Shown here one piece after another: positions 9,796-19,697 of a DNA stretch of 64,000 nt (positions within the stretch are counted from its first letter, which is position 1; the number at the start of each line of letters is the position of its first letter). The stretch is from positions 25,243 to 89,242 of IMG/VR virus record IMGVR_UViG_3300022592_000003, one strand, 5' to 3'. The notes beneath the pieces are model-generated. The model was not told the DNA's origin. It worked only from the letters and a program-made list of their open reading frames with translations, and made no database searches. Source of the DNA: a virus. The translations under genes and the position numbers were made by a program.

Positions 9796-10343
9796 TTATT
9801 GGCCTTACAGGTTATGCACAGTCCGGTAAAGATACCGTAGCTAAGGTCTTAGTTGAGAACTACGGCTTTACTCGTGTAGCGTTTGCAGATAAGATTCGGG
9901 AGTATCTTTATGAGATGAACCCTATGTTTGATTCTATCGCCGGTGAGCCTGTATTCGTACGAGATCGTGTAGACCGTGATGGTTGGGAGAAGGCTAAGCA
10001 ATCTCCTCAGATCCGTCGTCTCCTACAGAACTCTGGTGTAGCTGCTCGTAAAGTTTTTGGCCCACAATTTTGGGTACATGAGGCGATGAAATCTATGCTA
10101 ACTGATCCTAGAATAGATATGAATTATGTAATAACTGATGTTCGTTTTCTTAATGAGGCGGACATGATTCGGGCCAATAATGGGCAAATTTGGCGTATCA
10201 AACGTATGGGTATTGAGGCAGTCAATGGTCATATCTCAGAGCATGAGCTTGACGATTACAAGGTTGACCAGATCTTTACTAACAACGGAACTCTAGAGGA
10301 TCTAGAGCTCATGATTAAGACAAGGATGATGGCATATGCCTAG
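9792..10343 (+). CDS. Deoxynucleoside monophosphate kinase
   Basis: IIGLTGYAQSGKDT, AFAD, ITDVRFLNE, HISE. Confidence 0.9.
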   Translation: MIIGLTGYAQSGKDTVAKVLVENYGFTRVAFADKIREYLYEMNPMFDSIAGEPVFVRDRVDRDGWEKAKQSPQIRRLLQNSGVAARKVFGPQFWVHEAMKSMLTDPRIDMNYVITDVRFLNEADMIRANNGQIWRIKRMGIEAVNGHISEHELDDYKVDQIFTNNGTLEDLELMIKTRMMAYA

Positions 10344-10692
10344 TCAGAGTAGGAAGCATCGTGGCTACAGATCTCAGAAGGTTGTGGCAAATTACCTGGC
10401 AGCTCATGGATTCCCTTTTGCCGAATCTACCGGAGCTGGTCGTTCTGGAACTGACATTACCGGTACTGTGGGTATTGATTGGGAAGTAAAAGCCCGTAAG
10501 GATTTCAGCCCCAGCGCCGTTATAAAGCAGCTTAAGGATCGGTCTAATGGGAAAGACCTACCCGTAGCTGTTCTCCGCTTAAACGGGCAGGGAGAGGTCA
10601 ATATAGGGGAATGGGTGACCATCCTTAGATTAGAAGATTTTGTTAATCTCATAAGAGATGCCGGTTATGGAGACCCGAGAGATACAGCTTAA
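10336..10692 (+). CDS. Hjc-like Holliday junction resolvase
   Basis: KHRGY...GTDI...WEVKAR. Confidence 0.75.
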   Translation: MPSQSRKHRGYRSQKVVANYLAAHGFPFAESTGAGRSGTDITGTVGIDWEVKARKDFSPSAVIKQLKDRSNGKDLPVAVLRLNGQGEVNIGEWVTILRLEDFVNLIRDAGYGDPRDTA

Positions 10693-10739
10693 GGTATAGT
10701 TTTCCTCGGGTGGGCACATACCCTAAAGGACTACAAACC

Positions 10740-11024
10740 GTGAATGAAGTAACAAAAGAAGAAGAGAAGTTCCTGCGTGTAAGCGCCGGATCTAATGCAC
10801 AATCCGTTGGCTCAGCTATCGCACATGCTCTATATGAATCCCCTCAGATCAAGCTACGTGCAGTAGGAGCCTCAGCAGTAAACCAAGCAGTAAAAGCAAT
10901 AGCCATCGCTAGAGGATACGTAGCCCCTAGGGGACTAGATCTTAGCTGTCGCCCAGGTTTCACAACCGTGGAGTCGAGAGACGGATCTATTTCTGCAATT
11001 GTCTTTACTATCTCGGTCAATTAA
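10740..11024 (+). CDS. spoVS: SpoVS-family protein
   Basis: LRVSAGSNAQSVGSAIA...RAVGASAVNQAVKAIAIARGYVAPRGLDLSCRPGF matches the SpoVS signature; GTG start after AAAGGA. Confidence 0.9.
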   Translation: MNEVTKEEEKFLRVSAGSNAQSVGSAIAHALYESPQIKLRAVGASAVNQAVKAIAIARGYVAPRGLDLSCRPGFTTVESRDGSISAIVFTISVN

Positions 11025-11054
11025 CATAGAGCTCTCTAACAGTTAGGTACCATA

Positions 11055-11405
11055 ATGGCAAAGTCAGATCTAGATTCTGCGGTAGCCGCAGAAAACACAC
11101 AGGGACGTAAGTCAGTAGGCCGTGAAGGAACAAAGTTCACTTCTCCGTCTGCTTCACCAAAGTCCGGCACACTCGTAGGCAAGAAGAATACTGCCGCTGG
11201 AGATCCAGCAGTTACAAACCCAGGTATTCGTGCCAACGCTCCTTACGCAGGAGAAAAGAAGGGTGCTGCATACTCAATCAAGGCAACATACATGAAGCAG
11301 ACTGCACCAGAAGCTGGCCTTACTCAGGCTAACGGTCGTATCGTCTCACCAGCAGTCACTCGTCAGAAGGACTCTTGGTCACAGGGACTTGAAACATCCT
11401 ACTAA
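11055..11405 (+). CDS. Hypothetical protein (small, disordered)
   Basis: Clean ORF with phage-like codon bias. Confidence 0.7.
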   Translation: MAKSDLDSAVAAENTQGRKSVGREGTKFTSPSASPKSGTLVGKKNTAAGDPAVTNPGIRANAPYAGEKKGAAYSIKATYMKQTAPEAGLTQANGRIVSPAVTRQKDSWSQGLETSY

Positions 11406-11466
11406 TTCGTATATAATGAAAATAGGGCCTTTTAAGTAAGGCCCTATTATCACGCTGGAGGGCGCA

Positions 11467-11706
11467 ATGAGTTTAAGCACGCTATATCAAGAAGCTAAAG
11501 AAAAGAATACCTTTATTATAGGTATGTGCGTCGTAGGCCAGTGGGCTGCAACACTAACCGATGCCGATAAAATAGCTTTTGACAATTCACTTAATGATGA
11601 CGACTTCTCTACGAGGAGTCTATTTCCCATTTACAAATCTGCAGGTGCAACATTCGGACTCACATCTCTACGAGAGCATAGAAACGGAAACTGTTCATGT
11701 CGCTAG
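11467..11706 (+). CDS. Hypothetical protein with C...HRxxxCxC metal site
   Basis: TATAAT and GGAGG upstream; overlaps next gene. Confidence 0.65.
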   Translation: MSLSTLYQEAKEKNTFIIGMCVVGQWAATLTDADKIAFDNSLNDDDFSTRSLFPIYKSAGATFGLTSLREHRNGNCSCR

Positions 11707-12866
11707 AAGACGCATACAATAACGCTAAAGCAGATGTTGCAGCCTCATCAGGCTTAAACTCTATAGATAAACTACTAAAGGCTAATGGTCTTACCCCTGA
11801 AGATGTGGGCAAGATTAGCAAGGTCAGCCTATCAAACAACCCTGATGATACAAAGATTGTTATCTCCCCTAAGTGGAGCGAAGGACCTGCATGGCAGCCT
11901 GTACAGGCAGCAGATCCAGTTATCATTAATCCAAAAATTCCCCAGACCCCTGCTTTGATTAGCAGTGGCTGGAAGGTAGCTATTGCGCTACCAGATCCAC
12001 AGATTGGATACCGTCGTTATGAAGACGGAAGCGTAGACCCATTCCACGATGAGGCAGCAATGGATGTTGCTTTACAAATCGTTGGACTTGATCACGGTCA
12101 TGCAGTGGACCAAGTAATCAACTTAGGAGACTTCCTAGATCTTCCTATGTACGGAACCTACGAACAAGAGGCTAACTTTGCACATACTGCTCAACTTGCT
12201 ATTAATCGTGGTCACCGCTTCCTTGCTGAGCAGCGTGTTAATGCCGGAACCGGAGCCAGGATCATTCTTCTTGAAGGCAATCACGACAAGCGCCTTAACC
12301 GTTTTATCAATACTAATGCTGCTGCAGCTTACGGTATTAAAGTAGCTAATACGCCTGAGGCTTGGCCTGTGCTAAGCTTGCAGAACCTATTGCGTTGTGA
12401 TGAACTTGGAGTGGAGTTTATTGATGGTTACCCTGCTGCTGCACATTGGATTAATAAGCGTCTCCGTGCTATGCATGGCGATAGGGCTAACGCATCTGGT
12501 TCGACGGCTGCCCAGTATGCGAATTCGAATCCGAATATTTCGACACTCTTTGGCCATACACATCGCATGGAACAACAGTCTAAGACTGTCTTTGATCGTG
12601 ATCAAGCCATTAAGAGCGTTTCTTTTAGTCCAGGGTGCCTCTGCCGGGTGGACGGAGCTGTCCCTTCCGTCAAGGGTGGTGTGGATGTCAAAGGCCAAGC
12701 GCTTCAGTATTTTGAAAATTGGCAACAAGGAGTAAGCGTTATCTTCTTCAAAGACGGAGATGATGATAGCTTCCACTTCGATCAGGTCCATATCCACAAA
12801 GGCAAGACTATGTACCGTGGACAAGAAATCCACTCTACCGTGGACGTAGTGGGTAACCCACTATAG
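11697..12866 (+). CDS. Calcineurin-like metallophosphoesterase
   Basis: PDPQIG, GDFLD, GNHD, MHG, GHTH motifs. Confidence 0.88.
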   Translation: MSLEDAYNNAKADVAASSGLNSIDKLLKANGLTPEDVGKISKVSLSNNPDDTKIVISPKWSEGPAWQPVQAADPVIINPKIPQTPALISSGWKVAIALPDPQIGYRRYEDGSVDPFHDEAAMDVALQIVGLDHGHAVDQVINLGDFLDLPMYGTYEQEANFAHTAQLAINRGHRFLAEQRVNAGTGARIILLEGNHDKRLNRFINTNAAAAYGIKVANTPEAWPVLSLQNLLRCDELGVEFIDGYPAAAHWINKRLRAMHGDRANASGSTAAQYANSNPNISTLFGHTHRMEQQSKTVFDRDQAIKSVSFSPGCLCRVDGAVPSVKGGVDVKGQALQYFENWQQGVSVIFFKDGDDDSFHFDQVHIHKGKTMYRGQEIHSTVDVVGNPL

Positions 12867-12867
12867 T

Positions 12868-12896
12868 AAAAAAGCCCCCAGTAATGGGGGCTTTTC
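12868..12896. terminator. Bidirectional intrinsic terminator
   Basis: AAAAAA GCCCCCA GTAA TGGGGGC TTTT between convergent genes. Confidence 0.85.
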
Positions 12897-12907
12897 TATT
12901 TATTAAC

Positions 12908-13714
12908 TTAGTCGAGATGCTTCATGATCTCGCCCCATGTACCTGGGCCGACGATTCCATTTGAATCTAGATCTGGGCTGTCATCTTGAATAGCGATGAT
13001 AGCTTTCTTTGTAGCTGGGCCGTAATCTCCATCAGCATCGAGATCAAGCGCTTGCTGAATAAGCTTTACAGCGTCGCCCTTATCGCCAGGCTTAATCTGT
13101 CCTGGGAATGGTGGGATTACCTTTGCTACTGGTGTAGAAGGTGCTGCTACAGTTCCGTCCTTATAAGCTGGACGACCAAAGCCAACAACAGAGGCCCAGA
13201 GATGGCGCTTGTTATCTACCTTGTATCCACGGACATTCATAGCGCACTCGCCACCGTTGTTAGGTGAGCCCTTAGGCTTTGAGTCTGGGGTGGTGTTTCC
13301 TTCTACGGTTGTGATAGTTCCATCGCCGTTATCCTTGACCACAATACCAACGTGTTGGATTGGGCTATCTGGCTTGGCTTGTGGAATAAAGGAGAAGTAA
13401 ACAAGATCGCCTGGCTGTGGGTGAGCATTTGCTGCATCAGCCCATGTACCAGCCTTCTTAAACGCTGCTGCACCGGTTGGGGTGTATACAGTGTTAGGGA
13501 TCTTTACTCCCGCTTTATCAGCGCACCACATCATGAGGCTTCCACACCATGCCTGGAAGTTAGCCTTAGTGAAAGCGCCATAGATTGTTTCGTTATCCTT
13601 AGGGCCTTCAATAACGCCAACCTGTGACTTAGCTACTTCAAGCATACGAGCTGCTGTGCCGGGTTGTGCTGTGGTTACCGGAGGAACCGGATTTCCTACG
13701 TTTCCTAGTGCCAT
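12908..13714 (-). CDS. Endolysin, CHAP domain plus peptidoglycan-binding domain
   Basis: AWCGS, PGDLVYF, HVGIV, TVEGNT; C-terminal DGDYGPATKKA and GIVGPGTW. Confidence 0.9.
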   Translation of the reverse strand: MALGNVGNPVPPVTTAQPGTAARMLEVAKSQVGVIEGPKDNETIYGAFTKANFQAWCGSLMMWCADKAGVKIPNTVYTPTGAAAFKKAGTWADAANAHPQPGDLVYFSFIPQAKPDSPIQHVGIVVKDNGDGTITTVEGNTTPDSKPKGSPNNGGECAMNVRGYKVDNKRHLWASVVGFGRPAYKDGTVAAPSTPVAKVIPPFPGQIKPGDKGDAVKLIQQALDLDADGDYGPATKKAIIAIQDDSPDLDSNGIVGPGTWGEIMKHLD

Positions 13715-13724
13715 GTTTTACTCC

Positions 13725-14111
13725 TTAGTTATAGTGTGGGTCGTCTTCTGGTGCTGCTGGTGCCTCTGGTGCTGCAATTACTGGTGCAGCTGTCTTAGCG
13801 TCTGGTGCAATTGTGATTGCTGTACCTGACTGGTTAGCTTCAACCTGAAGATCAGCAGCTGTCTTAGAGTTTACATCAACTGCGGCAAATGCAGAGTTAA
13901 TTTCATCCATAGATAGCTTACCATCATTCATAAATCCACGGGCAAGCTTCTCTACAACTGCGGCAACTGCTGTTAGACCAGCAACTGTTACAGCCTTGAG
14001 TACTGAAATACCTGCCACTGAACCAGCACCAATTACTGATAGGCCTGATGCGGCAAATACTGCGACAATACGCAGAAGAATATTGCCGGTTAGTTTAAGT
14101 CCGTCTTTCAT
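13725..14111 (-). CDS. Holin-like membrane protein
   Basis: Two hydrophobic segments; directly upstream of the endolysin. Confidence 0.6.
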   Translation of the reverse strand: MKDGLKLTGNILLRIVAVFAASGLSVIGAGSVAGISVLKAVTVAGLTAVAAVVEKLARGFMNDGKLSMDEINSAFAAVDVNSKTAADLQVEANQSGTAITIAPDAKTAAPVIAAPEAPAAPEDDPHYN

Positions 14112-14293
14112 TATTCATCCTTAGGGTTACGAAGGCGTAGGGTAAGAATCCACACTACAAAAGATGCTAGGGTTACCTTACCAATTACGGTTTTAGCTGA
14201 GCCTGTGAGCACAAGCCAAGCTGAGAATAGCCCTACAAATGTCCAGATTTCACCAAAGAAATCTGACGAGATGTCTTTAAAGAATTGCTTCAT
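14111..14293 (-). CDS. Small two-TM membrane protein
   Basis: 60 aa, hydrophobic, coupled on both sides. Confidence 0.7.
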   Translation of the reverse strand: MKQFFKDISSDFFGEIWTFVGLFSAWLVLTGSAKTVIGKVTLASFVVWILTLRLRNPKDE

Positions 14294-16485
14294 TAGTTAC
14301 CGAATCTCCTTCTTACGGCGGCAATGACGGTTGTCAATACCAATATTTTTTTAGCTTTTTTACGTGTAATAGGTGACATATCGTTACCGATGTTAGCCAT
14401 GGCTACGAATGCGTGATTGAGAGCTTGTACACCTGGTACTGCCGCTAAAGCTCCGGTTACAGGAGTTTCGATTACGGGGACGGCAACGTCAGGTGCATTG
14501 AATGTTGTGCCGCCTGGTTGTCCGATAAATGTATCGCTCAAGGTTATCGCATCTGGAGGGATAGGGAGGCCTGAACCAGGTGGAGGTGGTGGAGGGGTTA
14601 GCTTTCCATCTTCTCCAACTACTTGTGGTTGTGTTTTAGTACCAAAGAATTCAATACCACCGTTTTCAACGCCAGCTTTATCTTCTTGAACGTGTGGCAC
14701 TAAATTTGACTCATCAGGTAGTTTGGGTATAGAATCAGGTAAGGAATCAGGATTATTAGGAATTAGGCCGGGGGTAGCAGATGAGTCTGTGGTGGGATCT
14801 GTGGAAGGTGCGGGAGCTGGCTGAGGATCTGCAGCAACGGGTGGGTTATCTGCGGCAGGCTGCGGTGCAGGAGCTGGGTCAGGTGCCGGATTGGGTGTTC
14901 CCTCTGGAGCGGGAGCTGGAGCGGGCTCTGGAGCAGGTGCCGGAGCATCGGTTCCAGCTGGATCCGCAGTCGCTGGAGCGTCTGCAGCCGCACTTGGATC
15001 AGCTGCAGCAGGATCCGGTGCATCAGCAGGTGCTGGCACGTCTGGCTGTGTCTGAGGCGCAGGATCGGGTGCAGCAACTGGAGCAGGAGCTGGTGCAGGC
15101 AAAGGATCTGGTTGTTGAGCGGAAACAGGTTGCGAATCAGATGGAAGAGGAGAAGTAGATGGTTGAACAGGTTCTGAAGGGGATTGCGCTGTTTGCGTGT
15201 CTTCTTGAGATGGCGATGGTTGTTGTGGTTCTACTGCTGGGTCTGGTGAAGGCGCTGGTGTAGGCGATGGATCCGATGAATTGGTTGGTGTTTGGTCCTG
15301 TGCTGTTGTTGTCGTTCCTGTTTCTGGTGTGGTCACTGAAAAAGTATCCTGAGGAGCAGAAACCGAAGACGTCTCTTGAACCGTGGATGTTGGAGTCTCG
15401 GATGGCAATGGAGCGGGACTTGGCACGACTACGGGAGCAGGCTCAGGAAGAAAAATAGTCACTGGGTTTGAGTACGATGAGTACATCTGTGCCGTATCTT
15501 GGTCTGACCTAATAGTGAATGTATAAGACTTATTCCATCCAGCGGTAGAGGCCACTACGGAAGCGTCTATTGTTAGGCTGGTGGTTGTAGATGCCACGCC
15601 CCAACCTCCAACACCGTCAGTCCACATAACGGCATATCGCTCAGGCAACAAGCCTTCTGAAGGCGCATCCCACGAAAGAGTTACTGTTGCCCCATCAACT
15701 GTACCTAATAAATTAGCAGGTGGGTTTATGACCTTAGATGGGATTGCTGCTAGTGCATCTTTAACAGATTGCAAAGCTGCAGCTGCTTGGTCTATAGCTG
15801 GCAATAAAGCTGGGTCTTTAGTGTAAGTTGTTGTAGATCCCTGACCAAACCATGAGGCCGGCATTACCTGCGAGTTGCCTGAAGGTGGGACTACATATAG
15901 GGTGGAGCATGCGCCACCACCATTTTCATAGTACCAGGCATCCATATTGTATGCGGTACCGGCTGTAAGCTGAATAGGTTGGCTCCAAGAGCCGCCGCAA
16001 CCCTTATCTCTCCAGTCATTGTTAATTAGCTGACCGTTTAAGGTCATATACCAACCATCATCAGCAATGTTCATAAACTTGTATGCGCCAGTATCTGGGA
16101 CGGTAATAGTTCCATAATAGTGGATAACTACATGGTCGTTATTACATCCCGCAACTGATCCAGCACCCCAGTTAACGGCTATCTGTGTAAAGACGGTTGA
16201 ACGACAAAATGTGTTTGCATTTGGTGTCCTAGTAGCAGAGCTGTTGTAGACGTCTACTTTAATTCCGGATCCGGTAGGGGTAACGACAGGTATGCTACTG
16301 TTGTCATAGGCTGCCTGTGCAGCGTCTAATGCGGTTTGGGTAGCGGTAACGGCACTATTAGCATTATCTACTAAAGTGTTGTACTCAGTTAAAGAGTAGG
16401 TTCCTGCTGCAGAGGCTGGTGATTCAAATAGTGTGGTATAAAAAGCTGCGAATAGTAGTACAAATATTGCTGCAAATAAGCGCAA
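14293..16485 (-). CDS. Exported PA14 + FN3 protein with Pro/Ala-rich stalk
   Basis: Signal peptide; ADDGW...YYENGGGA (PA14); PPANL...TLSWDAP...YTFTIRS...YSNPV (FN3); long PAP linker. Confidence 0.8.
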   Translation of the reverse strand: MRLFAAIFVLLFAAFYTTLFESPASAAGTYSLTEYNTLVDNANSAVTATQTALDAAQAAYDNSSIPVVTPTGSGIKVDVYNSSATRTPNANTFCRSTVFTQIAVNWGAGSVAGCNNDHVVIHYYGTITVPDTGAYKFMNIADDGWYMTLNGQLINNDWRDKGCGGSWSQPIQLTAGTAYNMDAWYYENGGGACSTLYVVPPSGNSQVMPASWFGQGSTTTYTKDPALLPAIDQAAAALQSVKDALAAIPSKVINPPANLLGTVDGATVTLSWDAPSEGLLPERYAVMWTDGVGGWGVASTTTSLTIDASVVASTAGWNKSYTFTIRSDQDTAQMYSSYSNPVTIFLPEPAPVVVPSPAPLPSETPTSTVQETSSVSAPQDTFSVTTPETGTTTTAQDQTPTNSSDPSPTPAPSPDPAVEPQQPSPSQEDTQTAQSPSEPVQPSTSPLPSDSQPVSAQQPDPLPAPAPAPVAAPDPAPQTQPDVPAPADAPDPAAADPSAAADAPATADPAGTDAPAPAPEPAPAPAPEGTPNPAPDPAPAPQPAADNPPVAADPQPAPAPSTDPTTDSSATPGLIPNNPDSLPDSIPKLPDESNLVPHVQEDKAGVENGGIEFFGTKTQPQVVGEDGKLTPPPPPPGSGLPIPPDAITLSDTFIGQPGGTTFNAPDVAVPVIETPVTGALAAVPGVQALNHAFVAMANIGNDMSPITRKKAKKILVLTTVIAAVRRRFGN

Positions 16486-16592
16486 TTGTTTTATAACTAT
16501 CTCCTTCTATGGTCATAGATAGTTTAACATTACAAGGTGTATTTTTGTCGGCATACTACGTTCATTGTAACTACGAACCGTGTGGAGCTTTT

Positions 16593-16910
16593 ATGAGCGT
16601 AGGTAATGCTGCAAACTGGACTCAGATTATTTGGGGGATTGCAACTCTATTTATTTTTATAGTTACAACAGTGTGGGCATTTAGTAAGGTGTACTTCAAG
16701 CTCATGGGTGAGCTTAAAGAAATTAAGAATTACACATATAAGCGTAATAGCGGTGGGTCATTGATGGATAGCCTTCATCGAATTGAGGCTCGGAATGAGC
16801 GCCTAGATACGGCTATGGAAGAGAACACCCGTCTTACCCTAGAGACAGTCAAGTCCTTGTCTAAGCTAGAGGGACGCTTTAACAACCACCTCGAAGAGGG
16901 CAAGAATTAG
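16593..16910 (+). CDS. Membrane protein (N-terminal TM + coiled coil)
   Basis: GGAG RBS before ATG 16593; single TM; NSGGSL motif. Confidence 0.65.
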   Translation: MSVGNAANWTQIIWGIATLFIFIVTTVWAFSKVYFKLMGELKEIKNYTYKRNSGGSLMDSLHRIEARNERLDTAMEENTRLTLETVKSLSKLEGRFNNHLEEGKN

Positions 16911-16979
16911 ACAACTTCTGAGTTATCCTATAGAATAGATATAGGCCCCCAAACGGGTTGGTATCTAACAAGGAGAATC

Positions 16980-17249
16980 ATGAAGTTCAATCAAGCAATT
17001 ATCACATCGTATGCCCGTAACTTGCTCGGTCAGGTTATCGCAGCTGCGACAATTGTTTCAAGCACCAGCGGAATCTCAAACCCACTCAACTTCCATGCCC
17101 ATCAATGGGGTTTGGTAGCTAACTCACTTTGGGCCTCTTTAGTCCCTGTAATCTTGCGTTTCGTCAATAAAAACGATCCAGCCTTTGGCGTGATCGCTAA
17201 GGACGTTACCGACCAGGCTACAGCCAAGATCAACGCAGCAACTAAGTAG
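16980..17249 (+). CDS. Holin-like protein
   Basis: SYARNLL...LVPVILRFVNKNDPAFG; AAGGAG RBS; followed by a terminator. Confidence 0.7.
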   Translation: MKFNQAIITSYARNLLGQVIAAATIVSSTSGISNPLNFHAHQWGLVANSLWASLVPVILRFVNKNDPAFGVIAKDVTDQATAKINAATK

Positions 17250-17261
17250 CTGCTAGCAATC

Positions 17262-17289
17262 AGCCGGAGGTACACCCTCCGGCTTTTTG
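17262..17289 (+). terminator. Intrinsic terminator
   Basis: AGCCGGAG/CTCCGGCT stem followed by a T run. Confidence 0.75.
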
Positions 17290-17311
17290 CATTTAGGAGT
17301 ACCATAGACCC

Positions 17312-17719
17312 ATGAAGGATACTCAAATGAAGACCTGTAAATCATGCATGGTTACGCTGCCAGAGACTAAGTTTAAACTTAGGTCCTCAACAGGGCGACA
17401 ATCTGGACAAAGACATTCTATGTGTAACAGGTGCCTATACGTTCGGTACACCCGGCCAGAGGCAGAACGAAAAGTAAAAGAAGTGCATGAATACCAGTTG
17501 GAAAAAGGATGTGTTGATTGCGGATATAACAAGCATCCAGCGGCACTAGAGTTTGATCATCTTTCAGGAACTAAAAAACTATTCAATATAGGTGAAAAAA
17601 TGGGGTCTTACAGCCGTACAATACTATGGGAAGAAATAGCAAAGTGTGAAGTAGTGTGTGCTAATTGTCACGCTATTCGTACAGCTACTCGTAGAACAAA
17701 GGTGGAGATAAATGCCTAA
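17312..17719 (+). CDS. HNH endonuclease
   Basis: CVDCG...EFDH...CEVVCANCHAIRT. Confidence 0.85.
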   Translation: MKDTQMKTCKSCMVTLPETKFKLRSSTGRQSGQRHSMCNRCLYVRYTRPEAERKVKEVHEYQLEKGCVDCGYNKHPAALEFDHLSGTKKLFNIGEKMGSYSRTILWEEIAKCEVVCANCHAIRTATRRTKVEINA

Positions 17720-18258
17720 CTCGCATAACAACTGGCAGTATTTAGGTGCCAGCGGGTATGTAGGTGCATACACTACCACCGGTGGTGGTGGAACCCCAGC
17801 AGTACCACGAAGTGGAATGGATTTCCTTCGCATGGGTGTGGGACGTGCACCTCAAGCGGAGTATCCCTGACGGCTACTTAGGAACAATTCGTTCACGTCG
17901 TGACGATAAGGGCAAGCCCTACGCTATCTCAGACACAGTTCTTGATTCGCTAAAGAATCGCCAGAACCAACGTGCCTACCAGCGTGGTGTTCACAAAGGT
18001 GAGCGTATTGATCCAGCTTCGTACATGTGGCCAGAGAATTTAGAACCAGATCGTCGCTTGAAGCCAAGTCTCTACAAAGAAGTAGAAGTAGACGGCTCTC
18101 TTGTTATGATGGGAAAAAGAAATACCCCTAAGATGGCATTGGCACCAGCACCACACCTCGTTAACGACGGTAAAGCTGATGTCTCTGCTAATGTACCGGC
18201 AGAGTTTAATCCACGTACCGGAGCACTCTTTGCCCATTTGAAACCAAGGTGGCAGTAA
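17712..18258 (+). CDS. Hypothetical protein split by a +1 frameshift at CCC-TGA (17865-17870)
   Basis: GGAG + ATG 17712 reads MPNSHNNWQYLG...APQAEYP-stop; +1 frame continues PDGYLGTIRSRRDD... to 18258. Confidence 0.7.
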
Positions 18259-18479
18259 TGGCAAAATTTTATGACCAAGAGAATGATGAAGGCGGAAGCT
18301 ACGAACCACAGCACACAGCTGCTGAAAAGGGCGGTCACGCTTTAAATCTTAATCACGGTCCTACATGCGATCGCTGCAACGATTCGGTTATTAACGATAT
18401 TAAGGGTAAGTTAGGCCGTATTACTAACTTTAAGCTAGGTCATCTTGAAAGCAAGATGGATAAAGGAAAGTGGCGCTAA
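18258..18479 (+). CDS. Hypothetical protein
   Basis: TAATG coupling; H-x3-CxxC. Confidence 0.6.
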   Translation: MAKFYDQENDEGGSYEPQHTAAEKGGHALNLNHGPTCDRCNDSVINDIKGKLGRITNFKLGHLESKMDKGKWR

Positions 18480-19177
18480 TGTCTCCAGTAGGTCCAGCAT
18501 CACACAGAGGTTCATGGTCTGAAGTATCAGGTCGTTCACAGGGACGCAGTAATCCTGCGGTACCTGAGGCTATTGAAACACCTGCAAGCCGAGCTACCCC
18601 ACGCCCTTTAGATAAAGAAGGCGTCCCATTCCTTACTACCGGGGATGTCGCAAGTGACTTGGGAATCACTCATGGCGCTAATGCTAAGCATGCCGCCTAT
18701 GGCGAAGTCCCTCACTATATTGATACAAAGAGCGGTGATCTAAAAGATACTAGCAACAACCGTGTTTGGTTCTCTATGAAGGATATCGTAAATCATTTTG
18801 CTATTAAGTCTGGTGCCCATTTACCACCAGAGAAAAAGAGCCCATCTCAACTTGCCCACACCTCACGCTACAACCATTGGAAGACGCAGTATGAGGGAGC
18901 TCTAAACCATGTGTCTGAAATGAAGAAGTCCGGCATGAATCCAGGCGATCTTTTTAATCAGCCACACCCAAACAACAAAGATATTCATCGTAGACTTGTC
19001 TATGGAACACGTACTCAAAGTGAAGATGATCCAGGCATGGGTGATCTTTATGGTCGTGTTACTGGCTTAGGATCAAAGATCTCTAATCCAGTACAGTTCG
19101 GTCACATGAAGCCAGTATCAGGTGACTCTTCAGAAAAGATTGATTACTCGGATCCCAATAGACCACGGAGACGCTAA
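18479..19177 (+). CDS. Hypothetical protein
   Basis: Long coupled ORF. Confidence 0.65.
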   Translation: MSPVGPASHRGSWSEVSGRSQGRSNPAVPEAIETPASRATPRPLDKEGVPFLTTGDVASDLGITHGANAKHAAYGEVPHYIDTKSGDLKDTSNNRVWFSMKDIVNHFAIKSGAHLPPEKKSPSQLAHTSRYNHWKTQYEGALNHVSEMKKSGMNPGDLFNQPHPNNKDIHRRLVYGTRTQSEDDPGMGDLYGRVTGLGSKISNPVQFGHMKPVSGDSSEKIDYSDPNRPRRR

Positions 19178-19536
19178 TGATGAACCAAGATGGTGTCTAT
19201 GACCATAGTAAGGGTCGTGGTGTTGTAGGAGAAGATCCAGAGCCATCACTACTCCGCTATGATTACATGGGCCCTTTTGAGAATGTTCAAGAGGCTTTCA
19301 TGGCACGTGCTCTTAAAGCTGTAACTATGCCGGCCCAATTAATTCCGGATATCGTTAGGCCACCACTTCCACAGATCCAGATGTTCCCACCACGTTTTGG
19401 TTACCGTACTCGTGAGATTGGTATCATGGACGTTATGGACGTGAATAATGAATTCCAGCCAACTCGTGTAGACTTTACTCGTGAGCCTGGCGGCATGCAG
19501 GGCACAGCCCGTAACGTTTCTGAAAGCGTATGGTAA
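19177..19536 (+). CDS. Hypothetical protein
   Basis: TAATG coupling. Confidence 0.7.
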   Translation: MMNQDGVYDHSKGRGVVGEDPEPSLLRYDYMGPFENVQEAFMARALKAVTMPAQLIPDIVRPPLPQIQMFPPRFGYRTREIGIMDVMDVNNEFQPTRVDFTREPGGMQGTARNVSESVW

Positions 19537-19697
19537 TGGAAGATATTAACATTGAGACTGTCTATGAAGGTAGTGTCATGTGCCCCAAGTGTGGGCATCT
19601 AATGACTCCGCTGGAGAAGATGTATGCCGGTGGCAATGTCTGCCCAGACTGCAGAAATGCACGCTATGAAAAGCACGCTAAAGGATTTATGTCATGA
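19536..19697 (+). CDS. Zn-ribbon peptide (not in ORF track)
   Basis: MEDINIETVYEGSVMCPKCGHLM...CPDCRN; coupled at both ends. Confidence 0.65.
   Translation: MEDINIETVYEGSVMCPKCGHLMTPLEKMYAGGNVCPDCRNARYEKHAKGFMS

Noticed and set aside
14780-15440. GC-rich tandem-like repeats and overlapping ORFs
   Set aside because: Explained by Pro-Ala codons in the stalk of the PA14 protein; the other ORFs are shadows.
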